A program made the position numbers and the translations under genes. A stretch of 57,539 nucleotides of DNA from a virus (lineage: Duplodnaviria > Caudoviricetes). The notes under the pieces are model-generated. The model searched no databases, was not told where the DNA came from, and saw only the letters and a program-made list of their open reading frames with translations. Below, one piece after another: positions 57,393 to 57,539 of the stretch. Within the stretch, counting starts at the first letter, position 1. Each line of letters opens with the position of its first letter. The stretch lies in the IMG/VR virus record IMGVR_UViG_3300033067_000809, positions 1-57,539 of that record; one strand, 5' to 3'.

Positions 57393-57539
57393 CATGCTGT
57401 GTGCGCGGTACGTAGGGGGCGGGGGCGGGTGGGGTGGGGGGTGGGGGGCCTGTGGGGGGTAGGGGGGGGGCCTGGACCTAGACAAGCCGCATAGGGTGTA
57501 GGGCAGCAAGCCTGGCGCCGCAAGGAGCTAGACATGCTG
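57393..57539 (+). repeat. Right copy of terminal direct repeat
   Basis: Matches 1-146 with one extra G. Confidence 0.95.

Overview
The window looks like a complete high-GC dsDNA tailed-phage genome of about 57.4 kb, with a podovirus-type virion module. The host is probably a proteobacterium (inference only). The ends overlap as a 146/147-bp terminal repeat containing an extreme G-tract array. The + strand (about 0.16-29.4 kb) carries a structured non-coding leader and about 50 small early/accessory genes, including RadC-JAB and MarR-like proteins. It also carries dUTPase, ThyA, a family A DNA polymerase, HNH, Cas4-like and VRR-NUC nucleases, an SNF2 helicase, SSB, a primase-helicase and an AlpA/Xis-like HTH protein. 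The - strand (57.3 to 29.5 kb) carries an RHH regulator, TerS/TerL, an RcGTA-like head-spike pair, portal, a ferritin-like protein, scaffold, major capsid, adaptors, lysis genes, tail tube and fibre, a GNAT protein and three ejection proteins, including a 2734-aa giant. I found no integrase, tRNA, CRISPR array or reverse transcriptase. The most unusual signals are in the first 2.5 kb: a ~340-nt multi-helix RNA-like leader, three co-varying 48-nt hairpins separating the first four genes, and an iteron/palindrome-rich origin-like spacer. A lone antisense Gly-rich/coiled-coil gene at 12.6-13.4 kb also stands out. All family names come from motif recognition by eye, not from database searches.
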